DNA from: an uncultured Verrucomicrobiae bacterium
GTDB taxonomy: Bacteria > Verrucomicrobiota > Verrucomicrobiia > Chthoniobacterales > UBA10450
Reading direction: 5' to 3'
Assembly (NCBI GenBank): GCA_963754325.1
Contig: CAVWFP010000002.1
Span: 970,521 to 1,034,520 of the forward strand
DNA: 64,000 bases
The position numbers and the translations under genes were made by a program. Each line of letters begins with the position of its first letter. Position 1 is the stretch's first letter. Of this stretch, positions 30,953-40,116 are shown piece by piece. The notes beneath the pieces are model-generated. The model searched no databases. It saw only the letters and a list, made by a program, of their open reading frames with translations, and was not told where the DNA came from.

Positions 30953-32121
30953 AACGGAAAAGAATTGTCGTCATGGGCTTCATGGGCTCATGCCCCATCG
31001 CCGGCGTCATTTGGCAGCATATTCATTATATCGTCGGGCTGCAGCGGCTGGGTCACGACGTCTACTACATCGAGGACTCGGCACGGTTGCCCTACAACCC
31101 GGAGACGTTCGACACCAACGAAGATTTTGATTACGCATCGCGGCTGCTTTCGCGCCTGTCGCGGGAGTTCGAGTTCCAAGGACGCTGGGGATTTTGCGCC
31201 CGTTACTTGCCGAAACATCCAACCGCTGGTCTTTCCCTCAAAAAGATCCGCCAACTTTACCGAGACGCTGATGCGATCCTGAACGTCTGCGGCAGCCAGG
31301 AGTTCAACGAGGATCTGCTCGAGAGCGACCGCATTCTCTACGTTGAAAGCGATCCGGGACTGGAACAGATCAAAGTGGACAAAGGCGTCAGCACGACCCG
31401 TCGCTATCTTCGCCGTCATCACGCTCTTTTCACGTTCGGCGAAAACGTCGGTAAACCGGTCTTTCCCGTTCCGACGCACGGCCTCAAATGGCTCCCGACA
31501 CGGCAGCCGGTTGTGACCGATCTGTGGCGATCGGCGCGGCCGCCCGGAAAAAGCGCCGTCTTTACCTCCATCGCCAACTGGTCAACCAGTGGACTCAAGG
31601 ACGTCACCTGGCGCGGAAAAAAATATCTCTGGAGCAAATCGCTGGAGTTTCTTCGTTTCATTGGCGCGCCTGAGTCCTGCGGCGAAACCTTCGAGCTGGC
31701 GACCGACGTGAAGGATCCGAAACTGGAAGCGCGCTTTGCGCGAAATGGCTGGAGACTGACTTCGCCAAATCAACTCAGCGTGGATTATTGGTCATATCAA
31801 AAGTACATCCAGCGATCAAAAGGCGAATTCACGGTCGCGAAAGACCAGTACGTCCGTTTGAAGACCGGTTGGTTCAGCGATCGAAGCGCCTGTTATCTGG
31901 CCGCCGGCCGGCCGGTGATTACGCAGGAGACGGGGTTTACGAAAATTTACGGACAGAGTGGCGGCCTGTTCGGCTTCAAGTCGTTAGGCGATATTGTCGA
32001 GGCCGCCAGGGAAATTCGCCTGGATTACCGGAAACATTGTCGCGCAGCCGCAAATATCGGACGCGAGGTTTTCGAAGCCAGCAAGGTCGTCGCGTCGCTC
32101 CTGGAACGCGCCGGCGTGTAG
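30949..32121 (+). CDS. unassigned protein, possibly a GT-B/CgeB-like glycosyltransferase (paralogue of 40117..41259)
   Basis: 390 aa. ATGA overlap with the acyltransferase stop. The C-terminal part (TGWFSDRSACYLAAGRPVITQETG...FKSLGDIVEAAREI...) resembles the C-terminal domain of CgeB-type glycosyltransferases. This assignment is from memory only. Confidence 0.4.
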   Translation: MKRKRIVVMGFMGSCPIAGVIWQHIHYIVGLQRLGHDVYYIEDSARLPYNPETFDTNEDFDYASRLLSRLSREFEFQGRWGFCARYLPKHPTAGLSLKKIRQLYRDADAILNVCGSQEFNEDLLESDRILYVESDPGLEQIKVDKGVSTTRRYLRRHHALFTFGENVGKPVFPVPTHGLKWLPTRQPVVTDLWRSARPPGKSAVFTSIANWSTSGLKDVTWRGKKYLWSKSLEFLRFIGAPESCGETFELATDVKDPKLEARFARNGWRLTSPNQLSVDYWSYQKYIQRSKGEFTVAKDQYVRLKTGWFSDRSACYLAAGRPVITQETGFTKIYGQSGGLFGFKSLGDIVEAAREIRLDYRKHCRAAANIGREVFEASKVVASLLERAGV

Positions 32122-32198
32122 GATTTGGCCGAGCGATTGGTCTTCTCCGGGGAATCCAATTTGCTTTTCGGGGACATCGTTTCATCTTCTCGAACTTC

Positions 32199-33854
32199 AT
32201 GCGGCGCCTTTTCTTGTTTTGTGGGTTTCTGGCAATGGCTGAACTGGCGCTCGCTCAGCAGCCAGCTCAACAACCAGAAGGACCGCCTTCGGCTCAGGAG
32301 CCGGGAGCGCCGAATGATGGGCAACCGGGAAAGCCGCCGGGGCCGCCGGGCCAGGCGCGAAATCCCGTCGCTGCCCCCGCTCCGGCTGTCGTAGCGGTCC
32401 CGATTACTCCGCCACGGCCTAACGGGCCCATTCAGAAAAGCCTTGTGCGTATCACCGCGACTGCGGTTGAACCCGATTACAAAGCCCCGTGGAATGCCGG
32501 CGTCATCGCTCGCGGAATCGGCGCCGGGTTCGTCATCGAAGGCCACCGCATCCTGACCAATGCGCACGTCGTCAGCAACAGCCGCTATCTGACTGTCGAG
32601 CGCGACGGTGATCCTAACAAATACCCGGCGACGGTGCTTTTTGTGGCGCACGATTGCGACCTCGCGCTCGTGACCGTTTCCTCTCCGGATTTCTTCAAGG
32701 ACATGATCCCGCTGAAGTTCGGCGGTATTCCCGAGCTTGAATCGGTCGTGTCAGCCTACGGATTCCCGCTCGGAGGCGAGCGCATGTCGGTCACCACAGG
32801 CATCGTGTCGCGGATCGACTTCCAACTCTACACGCATTCGTCGATTGATCAGCACCTGGCAGTCCAGATCAGCGCGCAGATCAATCCTGGAAACAGCGGT
32901 GGACCGGTGATGCAGAATGCCAAGGTCGTCGGCGTGGCCTTTCAGGGATACAGCGGCGACGTCGCGCAAGGCGTGGCCTATATGATCCCGACGCCGGTCA
33001 TTCAACGCTTCCTGAAGGACATTTCCGACGGTCACTACGACAAGTATGTCGATCTCGGGATGACTTATTCGAAGTTGCTCAACCCGGTGCAGCGGCGTTT
33101 TCTCGGGCTCAAGAACGATGACCGCGGCATTTTGATTAACACCGTGGTCGCTGCGGGTCCGTGCGCAAAGGCCCTCAAGCCCGGTGATGTCCTCGTTGGG
33201 ATCGACGATCACCCCATCGCAAGTGACGGAAACGTCGAACTCGAGGGCGAGCGCGTCGATATGCCGGAAGTGGTCGAGCGGAAATTCAAAGGCGACAAGG
33301 TGAAGCTCGACATCATTCGCGATAAAACGGCCTCAAGTGCGACCGTCGAACTCGACACAGTGAAGCCTTATCTCATCCAGGGGCACACCTATGATGTTCG
33401 CCCGCGTTACGTGGTTTATGGCGGGCTGCTTTTTCAACCGCTCAACCTCGAACTGGTCGATGCCTATCAACCGAGCGACCTCCGGTTGCGCCATTTCTTC
33501 GATTTCTTCGTGCTCGATCAGATTTACCTGGAACATCCGGAAGTCATCGTGCTGACGAATATTTTACCCGATCCGATCAATACCTATCTCAGTCCGTATC
33601 GCGGAAATATCGTGGACGATGTGAATGGGAAAAAGATCCGAACACTCAACGACCTGGCCAGCGCGCTGGCCGAACCGGCCGACAGATTGGTGATTAACAT
33701 GATTGGCGAAGGGCCGCCCCTGATTCTCGATCCCAAACAGGTGGCCGAGGCGCGCGAGCGCATCAACACGCGCTACAACGTCACCAAGGAACAGAATCTC
33801 GGCGAGCAACCAATCGCGAAAACACCCCCGCCGCCAGCCGAACCGAAGAGTTGA
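32199..33854 (+). CDS. secreted HtrA/Deg-family (S1C) serine protease with a PDZ-like C-terminal region
   Basis: Starts at ATG 32199 within track ORF 31788..33854 (signal peptide MRRLFLFCGFLAMAELALA). Catalytic motifs TNAHVV (His), DCDLALV (Asp) and GNSGGPV (Ser). The Pro/Gln-rich segment follows the signal peptide. Confidence 0.8.
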   Translation: MRRLFLFCGFLAMAELALAQQPAQQPEGPPSAQEPGAPNDGQPGKPPGPPGQARNPVAAPAPAVVAVPITPPRPNGPIQKSLVRITATAVEPDYKAPWNAGVIARGIGAGFVIEGHRILTNAHVVSNSRYLTVERDGDPNKYPATVLFVAHDCDLALVTVSSPDFFKDMIPLKFGGIPELESVVSAYGFPLGGERMSVTTGIVSRIDFQLYTHSSIDQHLAVQISAQINPGNSGGPVMQNAKVVGVAFQGYSGDVAQGVAYMIPTPVIQRFLKDISDGHYDKYVDLGMTYSKLLNPVQRRFLGLKNDDRGILINTVVAAGPCAKALKPGDVLVGIDDHPIASDGNVELEGERVDMPEVVERKFKGDKVKLDIIRDKTASSATVELDTVKPYLIQGHTYDVRPRYVVYGGLLFQPLNLELVDAYQPSDLRLRHFFDFFVLDQIYLEHPEVIVLTNILPDPINTYLSPYRGNIVDDVNGKKIRTLNDLASALAEPADRLVINMIGEGPPLILDPKQVAEARERINTRYNVTKEQNLGEQPIAKTPPPPAEPKS

Positions 33855-33855
33855 T

Positions 33856-35409
33856 ATGCGACGCTTGATTATCATATTGATTGCGGCCTCGTTAGGCGTC
33901 GCCGGACATGCTGCGGTTAAGAAGGATCCGGTCGTCCCCAGCGGCCAAAAAGGCACTGGCAAAGCCAGGGAGCTTTCTCTTGTCAGAGTGAATGTCACCG
34001 GCCAGCCCTATGACTACTTCAGGCCCTGGCAAAAGAAGGCGCCTTTTTCCAAGCGCGGGCTTGGCGCGGTTCTCTCGCAAGGGCGCGTCCTGGTAACGGC
34101 TGATCTGGTGACAAGCCAGAATTACGTGGAACTGGAGCGCGCTGAGTCCGGAGAGAAAAACGCCGCCACCGTCGAGGTCATCGACTACGAAGCGAACCTT
34201 GCTCTGCTTCAACCGACCGACAAAAAATTCCTGGATGGTCTTCCGCCACTCGAACTGGGGCACGACACACTTGTTGGCGATCGCGTGGCTGCCTGGCAGC
34301 TTGAACCGACAGGCGCTCTCGCGGTAACCGACGGTCTTGTCACGACTGTGCAGATGATGCATTACCCGATCGACGTCGGCGAATTTCTCGCCTACCGAGT
34401 GAGCATAGCCATGCAATATCGCGAGAACAGTTACACCGTGCCTTTAGTGAAGAATAACAAACTGGCGGGTTTGTTGCTGCGATACGATCCCCGATCGCAG
34501 CTCCTCGACGCAATTCCGGCGCCGATCATCGCGCATTTCCTGAAGGACGCGGAGAGTAAACATTATCAGGGCTTCCCATCCGCCGGTTTCTCTTTCTTCC
34601 CAACGCGTGATCCGCAGCTTCGAACGTTCGCAGGGCAAACCGGCAAACCTGGCGGTGTTTACGTAACCAGCGTCGAACCGAACTCGCCGGCAATGAAAGG
34701 CGGATTGCGGGCCGGCGACATAGTCACAGCGATTTCTAACAACGAAATCGATCAGAACGGCAATTACGTCGACCCGTTATACGGCAAGCTACTATTCACG
34801 AACTTGTTAACCGCTCACACTTTTTCCGGAGACACCGTGCCCTTCAAAATTCAACGCACCGGAAAAGTCATGACGCTCAATATTACCGTGCAACATCGGG
34901 CGCCCAGCGATTACGTCATTCCGCCTTACAGTCTGACTGAACCACCCGACTACTACGTTCTCGGCGGTCTCATTTTCCAGGAACTCACGCGGCAGTATCT
35001 CAAGGAATGGGGCGCCAACTGGCAGAAAGATGCGCCGCCCCGATTCGTCTATATGGACCGATTCCAGACGGAAATGTTTCCGGATGCCAAGCGCCGCGTC
35101 GTCATCCTGAGTCAGGTGCTGCCTGCGACAGGAACGATTGGTTACGATGACTTCTCGTATCTCACCGTGACGAAGGTGAACGGCAAGGAGGTGAAGTCAC
35201 TGGCCGATTTGGCTGCGGCGGTGAAAGAGCCAATCAACGGTTTTATCAAAGTGGAGACTGAAGAGGATCCCAAGCAACTCGAGTTGGATGCGAAGGAAGT
35301 CGATCAAGAAGCGGCCGATTTGCAGCAAAGCTACGGGATCCCTTCACTGCAACGTCTCGACTCGACACCGGCGCCTTCGGCTTCGCCGGCGCCCAGCCCC
35401 GGCAACTAG
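33856..35409 (+). CDS. HtrA/Deg-like paralogue lacking the catalytic His and Asp (predicted pseudoprotease) with PDZ domain
   Basis: 517 aa, starts 2 nt after the previous stop and is collinear with it. The aligned positions read VTADLV (His to Asp), EANLALL (Asp to Asn) and ENSYTVPL instead of GNSGGPV. PDZ-like sequence GVYVTSVEPNSPAMKGGLRAGDIV. Confidence 0.7.
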   Translation: MRRLIIILIAASLGVAGHAAVKKDPVVPSGQKGTGKARELSLVRVNVTGQPYDYFRPWQKKAPFSKRGLGAVLSQGRVLVTADLVTSQNYVELERAESGEKNAATVEVIDYEANLALLQPTDKKFLDGLPPLELGHDTLVGDRVAAWQLEPTGALAVTDGLVTTVQMMHYPIDVGEFLAYRVSIAMQYRENSYTVPLVKNNKLAGLLLRYDPRSQLLDAIPAPIIAHFLKDAESKHYQGFPSAGFSFFPTRDPQLRTFAGQTGKPGGVYVTSVEPNSPAMKGGLRAGDIVTAISNNEIDQNGNYVDPLYGKLLFTNLLTAHTFSGDTVPFKIQRTGKVMTLNITVQHRAPSDYVIPPYSLTEPPDYYVLGGLIFQELTRQYLKEWGANWQKDAPPRFVYMDRFQTEMFPDAKRRVVILSQVLPATGTIGYDDFSYLTVTKVNGKEVKSLADLAAAVKEPINGFIKVETEEDPKQLELDAKEVDQEAADLQQSYGIPSLQRLDSTPAPSASPAPSPGN

Positions 35410-36839
35410 GCGGGTTCGTCAGTTTCGCCTGAGGTCGATCTCTCCCGCGCGAGGAATGTCTGAACCTCGTCGCTGTAGGTTTGAAAAGGATCGCCCATGA
35501 CGAGAAAATCCCGACTGTCGAACGCGATCGAATCCCAGTTCACAACGTAGGGCCGGTTCTCTTTCTGAAAATGAGCCACGGCTAGTGAGCGGCCCGTGGC
35601 CCTGGTGTTCGCCGGCGGTTCGCGCATGGCCGCAGGGCGGCGGACGCCATTGTTCCAATCCGCAATCCGTTTTCCCGGTGCCACGCTGAAGAACAATCCG
35701 CGCGCCGGATCGATGTTGTGATACTCGAGATCGATGCTCTGAAGCCACGGATCGTTCCACTCGACGCCTTCAGCCTCAACGAACGTATCCAAAAGCCATT
35801 TCTTGGTGATCCAATCGACTCCGCCGATGAGCGCCTGCTGATTTCCCTCGAGCGATTCAAGAGTGAAATTCCAACTGTCCAACAGCCAGTCGGTTTCGGG
35901 ATTCTGGCCGCCGAGATGTTTCTGCGCGAGATCGTAAAATTTCCATTGCACCTCGAGTGCACCCATGGTTTTGCCGTTCTCAAGATCGACGAGCCACTGC
36001 CCATCCCAGTCACGGGAAATATCACGCGTGCTCTGGACCGCATCGTTCAGGATGAGGTTGCGCGGCAAGTGGCCACCCTCCAGTAAAGCCAGCACGCAAA
36101 CCGTCGTTCCCACTTTCAGAGCGGTGGCAAACGGGCTCATGTTGGAATCGCCGATCAAAAGGTGAAGCCGGCGATATTTCCGATAATCGGCCAGGGGTTC
36201 ATCGCGTGCGTTGATGATCGCGCGGTTGAATTGCACCCACTGGTAAATGTCGTTGACGATATGATCGGCGCGCTGGCTGAGTTGGAATTGCACGCGAGCC
36301 TCTGCGCGCGGTGGCTCGAAGTCGAAGGCCAACGGATTCGCCTGCCCTACCCGGCCCGCGCCGGTGAAAATTTGGCGAGTCGCCAGAAAACTGAGCAGTG
36401 TGCCAAGAATCGGAGGCGTGAATTGCGCCTCGCGCTTCATCAGATAATTCTCGTGGCACCCAAACGTCGCGCCCGTGTAGTGATCGACGTTGTTCTTAAT
36501 GAAAGAGACCTGTTCGGCGACGCCGAGCGCGCAGAGCGAAGTATACAGCAATTCGTCGCCAGCAAGGTCGTATGTCACAAGGTCGCGGAGGTTGAGGCAT
36601 TCCGGTGAGGCGTATTCGATGTGCCCCATGTCGAGATAAAGTCGCCCCCCGTTGAGCAGAAATCCGCCGTTGCCCGGTGGCTCCTCATAATCCCGATAAT
36701 GCAGGTCGATACTTCCGGCCGACGCTTTCCGGAACAGGTAATTTTTCACCTTCGACGGCCAGACATCGGCGCTGAAATGGACCGCTTCGTCTGTCAAAAG
36801 ACAGCCGTATTCGGTCTCGATTCCGACGATCCGGTCCAT
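35406..36839 (-). CDS. Pup-ligase/deamidase family protein (PafA/Dop-like)
   Basis: ORF 35406..36944. The family-typical N-terminus MDRIVGIETEYG begins at ATG 36839. It also has GGRLYLDMGHIEYASPEC and GCHENY blocks. Confidence 0.75.
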   Translation of the reverse strand: MDRIVGIETEYGCLLTDEAVHFSADVWPSKVKNYLFRKASAGSIDLHYRDYEEPPGNGGFLLNGGRLYLDMGHIEYASPECLNLRDLVTYDLAGDELLYTSLCALGVAEQVSFIKNNVDHYTGATFGCHENYLMKREAQFTPPILGTLLSFLATRQIFTGAGRVGQANPLAFDFEPPRAEARVQFQLSQRADHIVNDIYQWVQFNRAIINARDEPLADYRKYRRLHLLIGDSNMSPFATALKVGTTVCVLALLEGGHLPRNLILNDAVQSTRDISRDWDGQWLVDLENGKTMGALEVQWKFYDLAQKHLGGQNPETDWLLDSWNFTLESLEGNQQALIGGVDWITKKWLLDTFVEAEGVEWNDPWLQSIDLEYHNIDPARGLFFSVAPGKRIADWNNGVRRPAAMREPPANTRATGRSLAVAHFQKENRPYVVNWDSIAFDSRDFLVMGDPFQTYSDEVQTFLARERSTSGETDEPA

Positions 36840-36977
36840 GCCACTGGACAATCCCTCAGAGGAAGACACCCGACAAGCCTCCAAATCGACCCACATTCTC
36901 CGCCAGAATTCTCTCCCTTCCGCCTCAAAATCCGCGAAGGACAAGTTCTAGAGGTTGTTCAGAGCACGCACCCTGCT

Positions 36978-39039
36978 TTGAGACTGTCGGTGGATTCAAC
37001 CCTGCAAACGAGCGGAAGAACTGTTTTTAGCGCCCGGACGTCCTGGTCAATCGCGGCTCTTCTCGCCTTAACACACCTTGCCCTTGCGGTTACGGCGGCT
37101 CTCAACGAGTCCCCGACCTTTGATGAACCGACACATCTGACCGCTGGTTACAGCTATTGGATCAAAGACGATTACCGCCTCGACCCGGAAAACGGCAACC
37201 TTCCGGCGCGCTGGGCTTCGCTGCCCCTGCTCTTTGGCCACCTTCGCTTCCCAGCGCAATCCAGTGTCGCCTGGCAGCACTCCTCGGTTGGCCTAACCAG
37301 TCGCCAATTCCTCTTCGAGCTGGGGAACGACGCTGAAGGGATTCTTTTTCCCGGAAGAATAATGATGTCCCTCTTCGGCGCGGCTTTGTGCCTCCTGATA
37401 TTCGCATGGACCAGATCGCTGTTCGGAACAGTCGCCGGCCTGATCGCCGAAACACTGATGGTCTTCGATCCAAACATGCTCGCGCACAGCGCTCTGGTAA
37501 CTTCGGATGTAGCCGCGGCCTTCTTCTTCACCGCCGCTGTCTGGAGTGTGTGGCGGCTGTTTCACCTCGTCACATGGGGGGCGCTGATCCTATCGGCCCT
37601 GAGCATTGCCGGCTTGTTCCTAACGAAGATGTCCGCGCCCTGTTTTGTGATCATGGCCGGTCTTCTTGGGCTTCTGCGGATCTGGTCGAAGGAGCCGATC
37701 ACGGTGGCGCTGGCGGGAATGAGGACGAGCGCTTCCAGGAAAATTGCCAAGACCGCTACGATCGCAGCCCTCGGAGCTGTCATCGGTGGCTTTGTCTTCC
37801 TGTCGATCTGGGCTGCGTTCGGTTTCCGCTATTCCGCGCTCACGGAAAACGGACTGCCACGCGATATCTTGAATGCGCGCTGGGATTTCTACCTCGATGA
37901 CACCGGACCGACCGGAAAAATCCTCGAAGCCGCTCGGGATCACCACATTCTTCCCGAAGCCTTTGTTTATGGCGCCACTTATGTGACGAAAAACTCACAA
38001 TCGCGCCCCTCCTTTCTCGACCAGCACTGGAGCAACGTGGGATTCCGAAACTTCTTTCTGAAAGCCTTTCTCTACAAGACACCGTTGGCGGTCATCGCCC
38101 TCCTGATTTTAGCGGTGGCGCCCTTGACCATTCTGGTCGTTCGCTGGCGATCTACGCGCAACGAGACTTCTGCCTCTAATCAATCTGTGCCCGCTTCAAT
38201 TATCCCCCCTCCTCGTTCTCATCGCGGTTTACAGCGTTTTCGCATGGTCCACTCGACTCAACATCGGGCATCGCCACCTTCTTCCGATGTATCCGGCGAT
38301 TTTCATCTTATGCGGGTTCTGCTCATGGTTTTTCAAACAGCGGCGTTCCGTGGTCGCCGCGACAGTCGTCTGTTTGCTGATCTCGTGGGACATTTTCTCA
38401 TCCTTCTCCGCCAGGCCTCATTATCTCGCCTACTTCAATGAGTCTGTCGGCGGACCGGCGAACGGATACAAGCATCTGGTCGACAGTTCACTCGATTGGG
38501 GCCAGGACCTGCCGGAGTTGAAGTCATGGATCAGTCAGCTCCCGCCCGGTCAAGCCCAGCGCCCGAATCTGTATCTCGCATATTTCGGCACAGCCAAACC
38601 GGCCTACTACGGGATCGACGCGACCATCCTTCCGGAAGAACGATTTGGCGCTCCCTTGAGCTCGTTAGGGCCGGGAATCTATTGCGTCAGCGCGACGACG
38701 CTGCAGCATGTCTACGAAGTCGAACGCGGTCCGTGGGCCGCAGTTTACGAAAAGGCCTACCAAAACGGACTCGCTTGGTCGGGAACACGTGAAGCCGGCG
38801 ATTCTTCGGTTGTTGCAGTGGATTCCGAGGCCCCCGACACGGATAAGCGTTCCGCGAGGTTGCGGACCTTCCGTGCCCTCCGTTTCGGGCGGCTCTGCGC
38901 CTACTTGCGCCACCAGAAACCGATCGCCAACGTGGGCTATTCGATCCTGGTCTTCCACTTGTCGCAGGCGGATCTCGACGCAGCCCTCACCGGCCCACCG
39001 GCCGAGCTGACACCCGGTATCGAGGTTGCCGTCGATTAG
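36978..39039 (+). pseudogene. GT-C-fold (family 39/PMT-like) membrane glycosyltransferase interrupted by a +1 frameshift
   Basis: Frame of track ORF 36621..38441 (start probably TTG 36978 or GTG 36990). It has the DEPTHLTAGYSYW motif and many TM helices. Protein-like sequence then continues in the frame of ORF 38287..39039 (...NIGHRHLLPMYPAIFILCGF...). The switch is best explained at the C6 run 38204-38209. Confidence 0.6.
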
Positions 39040-39094
39040 CCCGTGACGGGGCTTGAATCCGGGACCAAAACGAGAAAGAATCGCTTACGTCCTG

Positions 39095-39532
39095 ATGGAG
39101 CGACCTCCTCTGCGCAGTCCTTTCGCTAAGGTTAACGGCTTCGTCTATTTTGGACGGATGCTGGATAAGATTCGTGCGCACGTGAAAGGCGATCTCCCGG
39201 ATGATTATCAGGCCAACCTCGGAAAAGGATTTGACGGCAGTTGCGTGCATTTCCTGCGCATCGACTACAACGACCTTGTCGATCAGGTGAAAAAAGGAGG
39301 CCAGGACGAAGACATTCTCAATTGGTGCTTCACCAACGGCCGGCGCCCGACCGATGAAGAGATCTACGTCTGGAACGAGTTCATGCGGAAGCGGGGGTGG
39401 AATGACGAGGTCACAGAAACACTGAAGCGGCGAAAGAAAGAAGCCGGAATGGCGGGCCGTTCCGAGATTGAAACAATGTTCGCCTTCATTGACGCCGACG
39501 AAGGACGTTCGCCGATCGGAAACCACCACTGA
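39095..39532 (+). CDS. DUF5069-family protein
   Basis: ATG at 39095 within ORF 39053..39532. FGRMLDKIR...LGKGFDGSCVHFLRIDY matches my recollection of DUF5069. Confidence 0.6.
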   Translation: MERPPLRSPFAKVNGFVYFGRMLDKIRAHVKGDLPDDYQANLGKGFDGSCVHFLRIDYNDLVDQVKKGGQDEDILNWCFTNGRRPTDEEIYVWNEFMRKRGWNDEVTETLKRRKKEAGMAGRSEIETMFAFIDADEGRSPIGNHH

Positions 39533-39614
39533 GTGGTTAGGCGATCCTGCTTCGGTTCCCAGGGGCGCTCTCGCGGCCCACTCGGGACGCGTTGCAACAG
39601 GTTCTGTCTATGCC

Positions 39615-39752
39615 TTACGGCAGCGAAACCGCCGGTGTCGGCGGCGGGGGCGGTTGCATGCGCCAGTCGATAATTTTCCAGACAGCCAGGATCAGCACCA
39701 CAACCACCAGGGCGGCCAGCCACCGCCGAAACGCAGATGGGGGCTGCTGCAT
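39615..39752 (-). CDS. possible 45-aa single-pass membrane peptide
   Basis: Not in the ORF track because it is under 60 aa. The ATG lies 4 nt after the PCD stop. Sequence MQQPPSAFRRWLAALVVVVLILAVWKIIDWRMQPPPPPTPAVSLP has a clear TM helix. Confidence 0.35.
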   Translation of the reverse strand: MQQPPSAFRRWLAALVVVVLILAVWKIIDWRMQPPPPPTPAVSLP

Positions 39753-39755
39753 CGC

Positions 39756-40040
39756 CTATTCGGCGAGCGTGTCGATGCGTTCCGCGAGCGCGAAGTCAAG
39801 CTCGGTCAACCCGCCTTTGCTGTGAGTCGAAAGAAGCAGGCGGACCTTGTTGTAGCGGATGTCGATGTCGGGATGATGCTCTTCCTCCTCCGCCACCTCG
39901 GAAACGGCGTTCACGAAATCGATCGAGTCGGAAAAGTCGTCGAACTCGAACGTTCTCTCGATGTGTTTCTTCTCAAGTTCCCACTCGGGGATCTTTTTGA
40001 GCCTGGTTTTCAGCTCGTCCGATTTCAGTAAATCCGCCAT
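39756..40040 (-). CDS. phhB: 4a-hydroxytetrahydrobiopterin (pterin-4a-carbinolamine) dehydratase
   Basis: 94 aa. EEEHHPDIDIRYNKVRLLLSTH is the PCD signature. Confidence 0.85.
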   Translation of the reverse strand: MADLLKSDELKTRLKKIPEWELEKKHIERTFEFDDFSDSIDFVNAVSEVAEEEEHHPDIDIRYNKVRLLLSTHSKGGLTELDFALAERIDTLAE

Positions 40041-40116
40041 ATCGTGGGAACGAGTAACATCCCAAAAGGGTTTTGCAATGCCGAATCGTGGTTACTTTTT
40101 TCAGGGCCGGACTCCC

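Noticed and set aside
31788-32198. Upstream extension of the protease ORF (track start 31788) overlapping the GT-like gene.
   Set aside because: A canonical signal peptide starts at ATG 32199, just after the upstream gene ends at 32121. The extension overlaps a better ORF in another frame.
36621-36977. Upstream extension of the GT-C ORF, antisense to the PafA-like gene.
   Set aside because: It overlaps the conserved N-terminus (IVGIETEYG) of the opposite-strand gene and has no membrane-protein character. A start after 36944 is far more plausible.
35300-37000. Search for a Pup- or UBact-like small ORF flanking the PafA/Dop-like gene.
   Set aside because: Nothing with a C-terminal GGQ/GGE or an acidic helical Pup-like sequence was evident in the short flanks. 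The flanks are almost fully occupied by the neighbouring genes. I could not scan all frames for ORFs under 60 aa exhaustively.
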